A DNA stretch of 63,295 nt, counting the filler, from Aduncisulcus paluster (taxonomy: Eukaryota): NCBI GenBank assembly GCA_024181965.1. It is 7 parts of 7 records of this genome, joined end to end, with 100 filler letters (N's around TTAATTAATTAA, not from the genome) between each part and the next. Parts side by side here need not be neighbours in the genome. Positions count along the whole stretch, not along the records: positions 31,216 to 46,210 come from BQXS01000145.1; positions 46,311 to 54,567 come from BQXS01000146.1; 5 more parts are not named here. The stretch is one strand, 5' to 3'. Shown here in pieces: positions 34,585 to 47,325 of the stretch; the stretch's first letter is position 1; the number at the start of each line of letters is the position of its first letter. A program made the position numbers and the translations under genes. The notes beneath the pieces are model-generated. The model was not told where the DNA came from. It saw only the letters and a list, made by a program, of their open reading frames with translations, and searched no databases.

Positions 34585-34895
34585 TACNNNNNNNNNNNNN
34601 NNNNNNNGAGTTAAAAATTTTGGAATTGTTCATGAGAAGAGTCTTTTTGTTAATCGAGTGGAATTTATTGACATTTTGAAGTTCACGGATAAAGTTCAAC
34701 TCATGGTGTCAGAGCCTGTCGAATGTGCTCCAAAAGCTCATTTTATGTATTGTAATATCGTTGTGCTTGATTCAACACAGTCTTCAACAAATTGCTTCAT
34801 TTTTCCGTATGTATATGAAAGAAAGAGGAAGAACAAGTTACAAGATTGGAAATTGATCGATTCTACTGGTCGAGAATTACGTTTAAGGGTCAATT

Positions 34896-35003
34896 TTAAA
34901 TAATACATAAATTCCACCGTGCAAAGCAATCTATTACGACTTTAGGGTGATGTTCAACGAATTCTTTAAATTGGCCAAGAGTCAAAATGGATGTAACTGG
35001 CAT
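34896..35003 (-). pseudogene. Thioredoxin-like N-terminal fragment (35 aa) lacking the CGPC active site
   Basis: Translates MPVTSILTLGQFKEFVEHHPKVVIDCFARWNLCII*, matching the thioredoxin start pattern (..F...I...K.VVVDF.A.W) up to the Trp that precedes CxxC. Confidence 0.65.
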
Positions 35004-35388
35004 TTTAGTTCAAATAGTTTGAGTAATTCGTGCAATAAGATGACAAAAACATCAAAATAACATAAAAAAATTGACGAGCCAAGAAAAACGATCCTAATAT
35101 TTATTTTATAATGGCATTGGAAATGATATCATAGTATGGAATGCTCCGAGACATGGTGCATGAGGAACTTCCTCATGGCAGAAGTCAGTTTTGCCGGTAC
35201 CTCAGGTATCTTTGGCTAAGATATCTATAGCTTGTAGCTACGCCTATTTCAGAAAAAAAAAAAAACCAATAAATCTTCACATTTTTAAGAAATTTAATAG
35301 AAAATAGAAAAAATAGTTGAATATTCCCTTCGCGCAGACGAGAACATTTTGGTTCGGTATTTCCCATCATGAGAAGTATGATACTGAA

Positions 35389-35488
35389 GCTTTATTTATC
35401 TCCTAGCGGAGTTTGGAAGATAGTTGGACACATTGGGGTTGGCGACGTAGGAAGAAGGCTCATAACCTCATGGAAGGGTGTGGAAGAG
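35389..35488 (+). repeat. Diverged repeat, inverted partner of 38663..38772
   Basis: Both copies encode LY..PSGVWK.V...GVGDV and share TCTTCCAAACTCCGCT, TGAGGTT, AGCCTTCTTC and CACACCCTT blocks in opposite orientation. Confidence 0.8.
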
Positions 35489-36450
35489 CATGAGCAGCTG
35501 ATCTATAGAGACTATAGATGAAGTCGGAAGTCACCAAATAAAACCTTAAATCTGCCCACTATCTATACCAAACCACGCCTACGGGATACACGAACGGTGA
35601 GTAAGAGGAAATAGGAGACGGTGGTTGTGGATAGTTTCTGAAGTAGCATGGCCACTACTAGTGACGGTAGTACCGTAGTGTGACAGTGGAGCTCATAGGA
35701 TTGACGATTCAAAGCATTTCCATAAGCAAGGGAGCGAGCAAGCACTACCTTGAATTCCTCTATGCAGCATTTCCCATACCGGCAATTCGTTCCAAATCCT
35801 ATTTGTGGTATAGTATACCGTTAAAATGATATTGCCTTGAATATAGATTAAATTCAGAATAAAACCTCTAAATTTTTTATAACTTTTGTATATTTATGGC
35901 TAAAACTTCATTAAAAACGAAAATAATAGCTAAAGAGGCCAGCAAATAAACTTAATTTGTGTAGGCTACAAAAATAACCAATAAAAGCAGATTTTATTAT
36001 AATAATTTTGTATATTAATCATATTTATATCCGAGAATAATGATTATTAAAAATATTATTGATTGATGCGCAAGATAGATCAAAGGACGAAGCCTTCGCT
36101 CCAGACATGGAACATGAGAAATGATTAAAAATCCAGGAGATTACTATAACAATTTTGATGAAATTAGAAAAATACCTCTTAAAATATATATTTCCGATCG
36201 CAAAGAAAAAAAAAAATATGCTCAAAGATCCCAACGCTCCCAAAAATAAAAAATCGACAAAAAAATCTTCATTCATATAATGTGAGCATTTAAGTTGCTT
36301 CCATTTCTTCACCGATAATTATGAACTATCGCTTTCAAAATGCGTCAAAAGCTCCCAAAATACTTCCAATGTCTGATATCATCAAACAGTTACAAAATTT
36401 CATCTGTATACTGAGAATGTATACTATGCTATGCTATACTATACTGATTC

Positions 36451-38418
36451 TTAATCATCGAGCCCATTGGCTTCTTCAGAAAATGTATCACGTACAAATA
36501 CCCCAGGGAACAAACTAATAAGATCTTCGATGGACAGTCCAGCTTCATCAAGAACCAGAGTAACAAGATCATGTTGAATGTGCTTTGCATCTAATTGTTC
36601 AAGCCCTAAAGAGTGAATTGGACTTTGCATAGAAGATATTAACGATAAAGTAGTGCGAAATATTTGACGGATCTCAGTAGAAATATCAGACTTAAAACGA
36701 AGGATTCCGCTTTCAACATCAGACGAATGAGCTTCTAAATAGGATATCCCAGTCAATAATCGTCCAATCTGAGTCCAAAACCCACGAATAGATATTTTCT
36801 CCATGAATTCAAACGCCTTGTTAATAAAATACACAGGTTTGCCATCAGATGTACCATCAGATTCCTCCCATAATTTCTCATATATCGGGGTGCAATGAGC
36901 TAAAGTGACAAAAGAAGATTCAATGAAATGAAGACATTCATAAGTTAGTTTAGATACGGATGGTTCCCACAATCGAGTGCTAATATGATTGACAATAATA
37001 TCCAAAAGCTCTGTATCCATTAGGAAAAGCCGAGTTATAGTACCGTTTGTCGTAAAATCATCCCCACTGATGAGATTATCAATGATTACAAATAGGACGG
37101 CCTCTATTTTTAAAAGAACTCCCAGGGGTGTTCCTTTGCTTGTTTTAGTTGTGGACCAGGATTGTATCCCGACAGTATGCACTGGAAATGCTGGATCTGA
37201 CTTGGAGAGTGACTTGGTAACAAAAGACGGTATACTTGTCGTGTACAAGCTTATGAGCAAATCAATATCAATAAGAGAATCCCTAACAACGGTATACAAT
37301 CGCTTCATGATGTCCATTGGAGGAGCAATTTGTTCATGAGCGCACATGGTCACAAGGGAACGTAGAATCCCATCTGCCAGAAGTGGGATTGTGATCCATA
37401 AATTATGATCAATTAAAGGCTGTCCCACACGAACATCTGGACTGAATATGACAGTCTCATCGGTCATACGTTTCAAGGTATCCACAAGAACAGATAAAAT
37501 ATTCTCGATGAAGGTAACAAATCCAGGTGCTGAGAATTTACCCATAAAAACCTCTACTAGCTCAAGATCGGCATGTCTGTCGATAAGATTTGTGGCCATG
37601 TAATTCAGACACCAAACACAATTTGAAATGGAATGCAAATCATGGAATTTCGGGTTGGAAAAGTTGAAAGCTGCTCGAATAAATTCACCAGAAAATGTTC
37701 TATTACAGATATTAAAACAAGCTTGATAAATGGGAGTCAATTTAGAGGCATCTCGGTAAAAACGAGCAAAATTTGACAGCAAAAAGGTACAATCTTCCAA
37801 TTCAAGGGAATGCAAACGGCCAGACAGTGTAAACATCATCAAATGTCCCATTAAACCGAGTTTTTCAACAATGGGAAATACATAAGCCCCTTCGCCAAGT
37901 ATATTTCCCATGACTCCCAAAATAACGGAAGAAATGCTACTATAGGCAGTTTTTAGCAAAATATGCAACATTGACTGTAATCCAACGTGATTAGCCTGAA
38001 CTCTACGTTGAACAATAGGAAGAGATACGGCTTGGTCAGAACTATCCAATCCTTTCAGAATAAAGATGCAAGCAGGAGACCACATGCAAATATTCTGCAA
38101 AATCCAACTACAAAAATACACACAACGATCATAAAAATTATGTGAAAGTATATGGCCATCAATACGAGGACCAGAAGCGATGGTGATATGCTCAACAGAT
38201 TTGTTGATTAACTCGAAAAAGATAGAAATGGATTGTAAAATGAGAGATTTATGTGCAGGCATGAATTCATCAATAAAGAGTGATATTTTAGAAGCCTCAA
38301 CACATTGGGAAAGACAGGCTACAAGAGCAGGAAAAGTTTCATCACCACTCCCTTGTTCTTGAGAGGTAAAAAGACCTTGAAGCTCAAAAAAACATTGATA
38401 TTCTGTATCTACATTCAT
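36451..38418 (-). CDS. Divergent armadillo-repeat protein, importin-alpha-like
   Basis: ARM helix-3 motifs WILQNIC, VMGNILGEG, TFLLSNFAR, VWCLNYMA, FVIIDNLISGDD in importin-alpha order. No basic IBB domain at the N-terminus. Confidence 0.7.
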   Translation of the reverse strand: MNVDTEYQCFFELQGLFTSQEQGSGDETFPALVACLSQCVEASKISLFIDEFMPAHKSLILQSISIFFELINKSVEHITIASGPRIDGHILSHNFYDRCVYFCSWILQNICMWSPACIFILKGLDSSDQAVSLPIVQRRVQANHVGLQSMLHILLKTAYSSISSVILGVMGNILGEGAYVFPIVEKLGLMGHLMMFTLSGRLHSLELEDCTFLLSNFARFYRDASKLTPIYQACFNICNRTFSGEFIRAAFNFSNPKFHDLHSISNCVWCLNYMATNLIDRHADLELVEVFMGKFSAPGFVTFIENILSVLVDTLKRMTDETVIFSPDVRVGQPLIDHNLWITIPLLADGILRSLVTMCAHEQIAPPMDIMKRLYTVVRDSLIDIDLLISLYTTSIPSFVTKSLSKSDPAFPVHTVGIQSWSTTKTSKGTPLGVLLKIEAVLFVIIDNLISGDDFTTNGTITRLFLMDTELLDIIVNHISTRLWEPSVSKLTYECLHFIESSFVTLAHCTPIYEKLWEESDGTSDGKPVYFINKAFEFMEKISIRGFWTQIGRLLTGISYLEAHSSDVESGILRFKSDISTEIRQIFRTTLSLISSMQSPIHSLGLEQLDAKHIQHDLVTLVLDEAGLSIEDLISLFPGVFVRDTFSEEANGLDD

Positions 38419-38662
38419 AATAGTGATTTAATAATCTAGGGTAGCAGCAAAAAATGCCAGTTTGAAAATTCTAACTTCATTTATTTCTTGATTCTTCCTA
38501 TGGGATATTTATAAAAGTAATAGATTATTTTTCGTCCCAAAATGAATAAATCTCAGATGAAATACTATTTAACTATTAGTAATAGTTCATAATTTAATTT
38601 ATTTCATGTATACTAATTAGAAACATAGGGAATGCTCGGGACTGATGAAACGATTTTGAGTT

Positions 38663-38772
38663 CTCTTTTCACACCCTTTTCTGAGGTTGTAAGCCTTCTT
38701 CTTCAGTAAGTTACGTCACCTACACCAAGGGGTTCAACTGTCTTCCAAACTCCGCTTGGAAAAAAATAAAGC
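38663..38772 (-). repeat. Diverged repeat, inverted partner of 35389..35488
   Basis: Same shared blocks as the partner; contains a ~9-nt insertion with an in-frame stop. Confidence 0.8.
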
Positions 38773-39169
38773 ATTGTCAGGATATTCATGGATTTCAACT
38801 GCAACTCATCAACATATTTTGTCACCTTATAATCCACTATGTAAACAAATGTCGAAGTTATGAAACGATTTCGTGCCAGAAGTGGACTCATAAGGATGGC
38901 ATGCAATATATGATAGAAAGAAAAATGACCATATAAATTTATTTATATATTGTATGATATTGCTTCCTGAGGTTGTCATTCGTGACTTTGTGTTTTCGTC
39001 TTCTGCTTTTCCTTCGTTGCAAGCAATTCAAGATTTACTGTATGTCATATATTTCATTAAATGCGCATTAAGACATATTTTATGCAATGTCATGCAATTA
39101 TATTCACTGTATTGTAATTAAATTTTTGTTTTTATTTTTTTCTTAGATCCCGACTCTTTTCCATTGGCA

Positions 39170-40270
39170 ATGAGTTCTTCCACCGAAATACAAATTGTAG
39201 AACCCGAGTTTATTCATGAAGGGGATATTGATTGCTGTCCAATTCCTGGAGATGCCCCGAATATTAAGAGTTCAGAGATTTCAAGTATCACAGCTATAGA
39301 TGGAACACAGGACGAAGATGACGAAGAGTACGATCAAAGTGTAAAAGCACAAAGGATGATGAAAGGAGAGTTTAATAATGGATCGTTTACCCATATCTCC
39401 ATTCCTTTCTCCCTATGTTCCCCAATGAAAGGGGCATATATCTGTCTAATTGGTGGTTTGTATCATCCAGAATATCTTACCTTCACTCTTACATCTTCGA
39501 AGGGTGATAAAATATCCAAGAAATACGAATTTTCTGGATTTGAAGATGTTCGTTGGTATTTTCTTCCTGTTGATCTCCCTGATGTTGTTCTATGTGAGAT
39601 TACAGGGAAAGGAAGAGAGAGAAGGTATTTTGATATAGACTCCCTTGTTTTCATTAGTAGAGAAGAAACTCCTGAAGAAATCAAAGCTCGTGAAGCCAGA
39701 GAGAAACTATGGTCTGAAGCTCCAGTTGTGAAACCAGAGTTTGTTAAGGGAGGAGATATCGATTGGTTTTCTAAAGATAGAGATTCTATTCCCATTCCAC
39801 GTGATGATCCAAAGCTTGTTAATCCTTCATTCTCAATGGTTAAGTGCAAGAGAGATTCATATAGTAAGAAATCTAAGTGGTATGATAAGACTTCAAGTAC
39901 AGAAAGAATGTTAAAAGGAGAATGTGGTGTATGGTTATCCCATCTTTCCATCCCTTTCCCATCACCTAGTCCAATGAAAGGTGCTTATATCTGTGTGAAA
40001 ATATTTTATAGTTCACCCTCTCTTCTCTTCACTTTCACTGATTGTGATGGTAAGAAGACATGCAAGAAGTATGAATTCACAGAACCAAAACATGATTATG
40101 AATGGCACTTCCTTCCTATTGATTTGATGAATGTTGTGTTATGTGAGATTGAAGGGAAAGGAAGGTGGGATAAAAAGAATTGTCGAGATTTCTTTATCTA
40201 CTCCCTTATATTTACAATCCCCGAAGAAAGTGAAATAATTGAACAAATTTCTCTCCTTCCATGGAAATAA
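39170..40270 (+). CDS. Two-domain member of the uncharacterised ~170-aa repeat family
   Basis: Two copies of PEF..G...PIP.D.P...MxKGE...HxSIPF..SPMKGAYIC...KKYEF...WxFLPxDL..VVLCEI.GKG. Ends LLPWK*. Clearly paralogous to 31824..33621. Confidence 0.9.
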   Translation: MSSSTEIQIVEPEFIHEGDIDCCPIPGDAPNIKSSEISSITAIDGTQDEDDEEYDQSVKAQRMMKGEFNNGSFTHISIPFSLCSPMKGAYICLIGGLYHPEYLTFTLTSSKGDKISKKYEFSGFEDVRWYFLPVDLPDVVLCEITGKGRERRYFDIDSLVFISREETPEEIKAREAREKLWSEAPVVKPEFVKGGDIDWFSKDRDSIPIPRDDPKLVNPSFSMVKCKRDSYSKKSKWYDKTSSTERMLKGECGVWLSHLSIPFPSPSPMKGAYICVKIFYSSPSLLFTFTDCDGKKTCKKYEFTEPKHDYEWHFLPIDLMNVVLCEIEGKGRWDKKNCRDFFIYSLIFTIPEESEIIEQISLLPWK

Positions 40271-40522
40271 TCCAAGGATAATGATATTGTGTATCAAAAG
40301 ATATGGAACTTTTGTTCCATTCTTCAGAAACTGCCAGTTTAAGCAGGCTGCTTTTCTTTCTTCTCAAGCTTGGAGGAACTCTTGAAGAAGACGATGTGTA
40401 GTTTTTTAAGAATTGAACCTCTAAGAATAGACTATTCAATAGTTCTTTCTGAATCATCAACACGTCTCTACTCTCCTAGAAGAATGTTATTTTGTATAGC
40501 TAATAGCTGTGTGATGCATAGT

Positions 40523-41380
40523 TTAAATGATTTTATTCTTAACGGAAAGACTTCCTCTTCCAAGGACATGCCCAAGAGAATGAGAGCAACAACCAACTCC
40601 ACAACTACCTGTCAGTGTATTACATGTTTTCGCAATTGCAATTTCTTCATGAGACCAAGCCTCTTTTCCGAAATCTCCATCTTTCCATCGTTTCTCAGAT
40701 GTTTGCAGCTGGTCTTCTGGTAACGCCAAAACAATAAATTTTGGATCGGATCGAAGCTTTTCAACCTCAGTTCTATTCGAAATTACCTTCGCTTTTGACC
40801 CAATTAGTCGTCTTTGTTGAATAAATACACCCTTGACAGTGTTAGCTTGGATAGTTTCAGACAACCATTTTAAAATACGATTTGGGGGTATTACTACGCC
40901 AATAACACGACAAGATTCCATTAATGCTCTAATAGATGGATATTTATGGACTTTATAAACATATTCCCGAAGAATTGAAGAAAGAATTGATTCATCACCA
41001 ATACTGAGGGGATTAGGTCTAAAATCAAGCGAATAAGAAATAAAAGATTTCGGTACATGAATTTTTTGGGTTTGAATCCATCCGTATTTGCTGTATATCG
41101 GGAGTAATTTTGCAGAATCGCCGGGATGTAAAGGAGGTAGGAGTGGAGAAAGTTCTGGGGGAATCCAAGTAATTCTTTTCTCGATAACATCCCCAGCAAC
41201 ATTTTTTATAATCGAGAATCGACATGGAATAATACCTTTATGGAGTAATGACGAGATAATTCGAGCTTTAACCTGTTGAATAGCAATTAGGATCTTTTTA
41301 AACTCTGCAAGATCGGAACGTATATCTTCACGAATTAGATTATTAAAATACAATGCCTTGTATAAGTCATCTTTTCGCAT
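40523..41380 (-). CDS. Hypothetical protein with possible degenerate C-terminal Myb/SANT-like motif
   Basis: 285-aa ORF. AWSHEEIAI...LGHVLGRGSLSVKNK resembles W[ST]xEE...LxGR[ST]xxxxKNR. Confidence 0.65.
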   Translation of the reverse strand: MRKDDLYKALYFNNLIREDIRSDLAEFKKILIAIQQVKARIISSLLHKGIIPCRFSIIKNVAGDVIEKRITWIPPELSPLLPPLHPGDSAKLLPIYSKYGWIQTQKIHVPKSFISYSLDFRPNPLSIGDESILSSILREYVYKVHKYPSIRALMESCRVIGVVIPPNRILKWLSETIQANTVKGVFIQQRRLIGSKAKVISNRTEVEKLRSDPKFIVLALPEDQLQTSEKRWKDGDFGKEAWSHEEIAIAKTCNTLTGSCGVGCCSHSLGHVLGRGSLSVKNKII

Positions 41381-41548
41381 CAACGAAATCTCAAATCAAG
41401 CTCTGTAAAAATTTGATTTAATATATCTACGAAAATAAAATGAATAATATGTGATTATATTATAATATAAATAAGATATTTAAATTTCAAAATAAAATAC
41501 TAATTGACATTATTGACATAGCAATATTTCTTTTCTTTTGCCCTTAAT

Positions 41549-44500
41549 ATGACATTTTTATCTGCTCTAACAGGTGAACCGGTGTGGTTACCCCTGTCTT
41601 CAACTTGGGGTGTATTTCTTTGTCCGACTCATGATGAAATAGTAGCTATTTCTTCTAGCATCACTCCTGACTCTCTATTATCTCTGAATCCGATGAGTAT
41701 AATTGATCTTTGTTATATTCCTAAAGGAATGTCAGTCAAAAATTCATCAAAATCCATTAAATTTAGGAATCATCGAATTGTCAATATCTCTTTTTGCTTA
41801 GCTTCTTCATTATCTACTAAAAAACAGCTTAATATTGGGGGAATATTTGTATCAGTCTTGTTAGAATCTACATTAGAGCCAAAATATAAGCGTAAAAATT
41901 ATAAAAAACCTAAAGATCTTAAACTATTCCATATTTCTCTTCGTTCTCACGATAGTGTTCGAACTCATGAGGTATTTCTTAAAATTGGGAAAGGACTTCC
42001 CTCCCAAAAAGAATTTTTGTCAAACATTTATACTCATATACTTCAACCTTCATTATCTGCAATAATATTGGCCGGGGAGCGAGTTAATTACTTCGATCTT
42101 GAAGTAATGACTTCTCTGCCTCATATCAGGAATGACAACATCCATTATACCATTGAATTCTCTCTTCCTATTGGAAGGATATCATCTCTTCTCGTTATTG
42201 AACAAATTCCAATTTTCCCAATTAAAAAGATCCATCAATCTCCTTTTCTCATTTTATTCGAGCCTCACATCACTGATATCGATGGTAATATCGTTGAAGG
42301 TGATGACATCGTTCGATCTGATTCTCCTCTTGTTGTTCCTCCTGTGGCATCTGTCTGGACCCTTGGCAGGATCACAGGTGCTCGTTTAGTTACCGATGGG
42401 ATGTTTGTGGCGCCAGATAAAGTTATTAGCAATGATAAATGGACTGTAGTATCGACATTCCTTCTCCCTCTATTCCCCCACAAAGGAATATGTCGCAGGC
42501 AGTCTTGTGAACTTCCCCACGCAATTCATGATCCAATTCATATCGAATCGTCCAAGGGAACAGCGAGGAGTGGAACAACCAAGGAGTCCTCTTCAACCCT
42601 CCCTTCTACAAAACATACCTCAACTCCTAATCCCAAGGACAAGTCGTCTTCCTCACATATCATCTTCCCCCCTTCGATATCTGTCCATGGCACATTCATA
42701 GCTGTGTGTAGTTCATCCTGCGTGAAGGTATGGAGTGTTGATATCTCTCTGCTTCGAGGTTTACCCAATGAAAGCAGCGATATGTTCGACAAACAGAGCG
42801 TATCATGTGTAACTCAACATACCCTGACATACCACGGGGAAGGGAAAGGGAAGAAAGTGCTTACGAGATCTGGATACCATAATCTTAGCATGCAAGAAAT
42901 GTCCCCTGATCACCCTAGCACCTCTTCACGTGCTCTAAATGCATCTGATGCATCATATATTGAAGGAGTCGATGATGAAAGCGTAATCAAACCAGACATA
43001 TCCCATGAAACAAGTCTCCTATCTCACGGAAGAAGTGTAGTAAGTCTATTTGCCGATGGAAATACAAACACTGTGACGGTGACTGTTTGTCACAATGGAT
43101 TTTTATACTCCCATACCCATTCTCATGTTGCAACACCATTGAAGGAACAGAAATTGGAGAAATATGGGAAACTGGATCGCGATTCCATGAAGAAAGAAGG
43201 TGATAAAATGGATAAGTGGGCCATGGTTGAATTCCAGAACGAATGTACAAATGGAAGTGTAAAGATTAGGCATGCTATTGTTGGTCGTTGCAGATATCTC
43301 ATGACTATTGATATGCAGCCGGCTGCTTCCCATTTTCCAACTCCCCACGCAATTTGTCTATTCAGTTCAATGAATTCTCAGCTTAATAATCGGGATATTA
43401 CGAGTCAAACTTCCCCAATGTTGTTTATTAGGCAGTATGTTATCTGTAAATTCAAACCCAGCTCTGTATTTGCTGCAATTTCTGCTCTTCCTCTTTACTC
43501 TTCTGAGAATACTGCATATTTAAAGCCTCTTATTTCCTCTTTTGTTGGTTCTATATCACATCCCTCATTACTTCCGCTGGCTCGAAGTCCTTCTCTGTGC
43601 GTGTGCTGTCCTATGAATGCCACTGGTGTTTCTTCCTCTTCTTCTTCCTCTTTCTCTCATTCTGCGATATCTTTTGATGTTTTAAAGACTTATATATATG
43701 CAACATGTTCTCATTTTTATCAGTTGACACCGGGAACTATCATTGNNNNNNNNNNNNNNNNNNNNTATCACATCCCTCATTACTTCCGCTGGCTCGAAGT
43801 CCTTCTCTGTGCGTGTGCTGTCCTATGAATGCCACTGGTGTTTCTTCCTCTTCTTCTTCCTCTTTCTCTCATTCTGCGATATCTTTTGATGTTTTAAAGA
43901 CTTATATATATGCAACATGTTCTCATTTTTATCAGTTGACACCGGGAACTATCATTGCTGTTACTAAAAATAGTATCGAATCATTATCTTCTCAAACTAC
44001 ATCTAAAATTAGATCACCACCTTTAACGAAAGCGTCCAAGACAGCCATGTCATCAAATCGTCATGCAGAAATACTTTCTTCCTCGGCTTCAAAAGGAATG
44101 TGGGTTTGTCGTAAAAAACAGGGAAAAAATGGTTCGACCGATTTACTTCCTCTCTCCTTCATTCCTTTCTCAGATTCAATGATTCCTCAAGCCCCTTTGC
44201 TTATTCAGAATAAGTTATGGTGGATTGATGGAGGATCAGTGTGGTGTATGTATGCGAATAGGGATAGGCATCTCTCGAAGAAGAAGAGACAGGCTACAAG
44301 TTCATATTCCGAGGAGACATCGCCGTCTTCCATGTATCATCGTATTTCACTCATTTCGTCCATTACAATTCCTCATGTTAGATGTGTATATACTGCTCTT
44401 TCTTCTCACCATCCAAAAATAGTACCATGCGATAGTGGAATGATGGTTATTGATTGTGGGCATCATCCGCGAGTGTATTCCATGTCCTCTTTGGGTCAGA

Positions 44501-46210
44501 TCAGGCCGAAAGCAGACTCGACGATTGGGTTATTCGGCATGATTGATGTTATTTCTGCTCTAAATGTTAATGTATCCATCTCGCAGAGTGCCTATACAAG
44601 TGCTATGGTCATCGAATGTGTTCCAAGGAAGCATAAGCATCACTCAATGGAGAAGGAGTTCTGTACAACAAAGGAGGATATTGAGGACATTTCTGAAATG
44701 GCTCATCGTGATAGTCAATTTAAGTGCTGTTTATTAATATGCAAGTTTGGTGTCTTCAATATTGATGATTTTAATTCTTCTTCTTCTTCTTCTTCTTCTT
44801 TTCTTTCATTGCCATGCCAATCTTGTTTTACTGGTAAACTGAGTGTGTTTCCATGCTTCCGTGATACTGCAAATCGATCTATCTCACTTGTGACAAAGAG
44901 AATACGTCACTTTGATATTCCTTGCATTCGACTGTCACACGTTAAAGAAGGAGAAGGGACAAAGAGTAGTGGAATTCATCACATGGGATGCTCAATGTGT
45001 TCGATCTCACCTCCTTTGTCTTCCACTTCTTCCTCCCTGTGTGAAGTGGCTGAGTTCATGAGTAAGGAATGTCTTAGTATGCTAATACCTTTATTTTCCC
45101 TTCTCTTCTCTTCCACTGTATCCGCATTCTCATCCATCTCGTCTTCTCTCCTCTCTTACCTCACTTCTCTGGCTCTAATGGTTACAAGTGTTGAAGAAAG
45201 GATAAGAGATATCAAGGGAATTGTGGGTCTCAGTGTGACTGACAACAAGGTTGAAAATAATGCCAAAAAACACCAATTGGCTAAAATCCTTCAGTATTTA
45301 CCATTTAGAGGACTCAGATCTCTCCCACCATCCACAAGGGGAAGTTCTAGGCTGTCTGTACGTTTGTTTGGAAGGACCTTTGGCTTGAATTCTGTCTCTA
45401 AGGCCTTAGAAAGTGTGAAAAGGTCGTCTTCTGATCACACCGATGCTGAGCGTGCTGGTGCTGAGCGTGATGTTGGTAAACCCTTAGGAATGGAAGGAAA
45501 TGGTTATCTTCAGGAATCACATTCTTCATCTTCCCATCTTTCTTCGTCCGTTTCTGCTTCTCTTCTTCTTCCTCAAGCTCGTGCTGGTCTGTTGCTTCCT
45601 TCAACACGAATCCTTATGCCGTCAGTTGCTGGTATTGCTTGTGAAGAAGTTGAAATATTTGAACGAAAAAGGAAGGAAGAGGAGGAAAAGAAGAAGAAGG
45701 AAGAGGCAAGAAGACTCCAAATGTTACAAATGAGAAGAAAAAGATTGATGTTGCAACAAAAGAAAGAGAGAGAAGACAAGGAAAGGGTTTCTAACTCGAG
45801 CAAGACAGAACCATCGGCTGCTGACAAGGCTTTGTATGAAAAAGTCAAGAAACTTCCTGCTCATTTGAGGAAAAAATATGCTCACCTCTTGAAGAAATTT
45901 GAAACGAATGCTGGAGTAGATGAGGGCAAGAAAGAAGGAGAAGAAAAGAAAAGGGAGGAAGCGGAAAAGAAGAGGAAAGAGGAAGAAAGAGGTGATGATA
46001 AATCCATTTCTTCTCCTTCTTCCTCCTCCTCTTCCTCCTCTTCTCCTTCTTCCTCCTCCTCTTCTTCAAGTGTAAATGATAACGTCGTTTCCATTGGTCA
46101 GGTGAGATCAGAGTTTATTTCGACCCTTTCACAGCTATTACCTTCTCTGCAGTCTCATCTGTTGTCGCATAATCATAATTGTTCTCACGTTTTCATGCAC
46201 ATTTTATGTT
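41549..46210 (+). CDS. Large Ser-rich hypothetical protein (>1,450 aa) with C-terminal K/E coiled coil; 3'-truncated
   Basis: ORFs 41549..43828 and 43705..46266 join after collapsing 43554..43745 = 43766..43957. Open to the contig end. Confidence 0.85.
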
Positions 46211-46340
46211 NNNNNNNNNNNNNNNNNNNNNNNNNNNNNNNNNNNNNNNNNNNNTTAATTAATTAANNNNNNNNNNNNNNNNNNNNNNNNNNNNNNNNNN
46301 NNNNNNNNNNTATTAATAAAACAAAATAATAAACAATAAT

Positions 46341-46875
46341 ATGTTAGAGATTCACGAAAACAAGATGGTCACCACACTGGAGGTGTTGGCCCATTACATG
46401 GATGACTCTGAACAATGGCTCACGTTAAAAGACGTATTGGAGCTGATTCCATTTGAAATTTACTTATTACAACACCCCGAAATCTTTTCTGCGGTGATTC
46501 AGAGTGGGGAACGTCCTTCCAAGAAAAGAGGCAGGAAGAAGAAATAACGTTTTGGAACATCCGCATTATTTATTGTTAATCCCTTTGAAAGGAGGGGCAG
46601 TGTTAGAATAACACGGCTGTTGCCAAAAGCAGACGTTTTTATTATTTTCTTTAAGGAGTATTATTATTGAATATTTAATATATATTTTATAATACGATTT
46701 TAATTAATATATTTATTTCGATATTAGAATGTTTATTACTATCTTATTACCGAAGATCATATTTGAAAGTTTTTGTGTTTCTTTACAGACTATATTTTAC
46801 CTTTCTTCGCGCATTCTTTTATTCTCAAACTAGTAAATTTGCTCCACCATCATTATAAAGGTTATTAAACCAACA
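46341..46875 (+). mobile_element. 3' end of an LTR retrotransposon: chromodomain-like tail, PPT and 3' LTR
   Basis: ORF LEVLAHYMDDSEQWLTLKDV...HPEIF...KKRGRKKK*; polypurine tract GAAAGGAGGGGCAG 46587..46600; LTR 46601..46875 with termini TGTTAG...CCAACA. Confidence 0.72.
46601..46875 (+). repeat. Putative LTR (275 bp)
   Basis: TG...CA termini directly after the PPT. Shares TAGTAAATTTGCTCCA (46831..46846) with the LTR at 54033..54247, ~28 nt from the 3' end in both. Confidence 0.7.
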
Positions 46876-47325
46876 ATTTTGAGTTTTCCAAAGTTGGAAT
46901 TTCAAGCAAGACCAAAAATAATTTTCCCAAAAATGTTCTCAATCTCCGCTAAAAGGCATGTCGATGTGATTTCAGGAATTCAAGTTTATTTAAGGATCCA
47001 CAGTGTGGATTCCACACGTTTAGTGGAACTTCGAGATGAGAAGGTGATAGATATAATATAAAACTTACATTATAAATATCACATAATAGGTACTCGACCT
47101 GATGAACACCAAGATGATTAGCTGTTGAGTTAACCAGTAAACAAAAAAATAAAATAAAATAGAAATAATACGAAAGGTGGAAAGAAAATCATTGTAGAAG
47201 TAGAGTAATTATATTAGAGTTTGGAGAAATCATTAAGTGAATTGAACGTAGGAAATCAACCTCAGAATCAAAATAAATCAAAAATAATTTAAATTCAGAG
47301 AGTAATGTTTTCGTATAAATTATAA

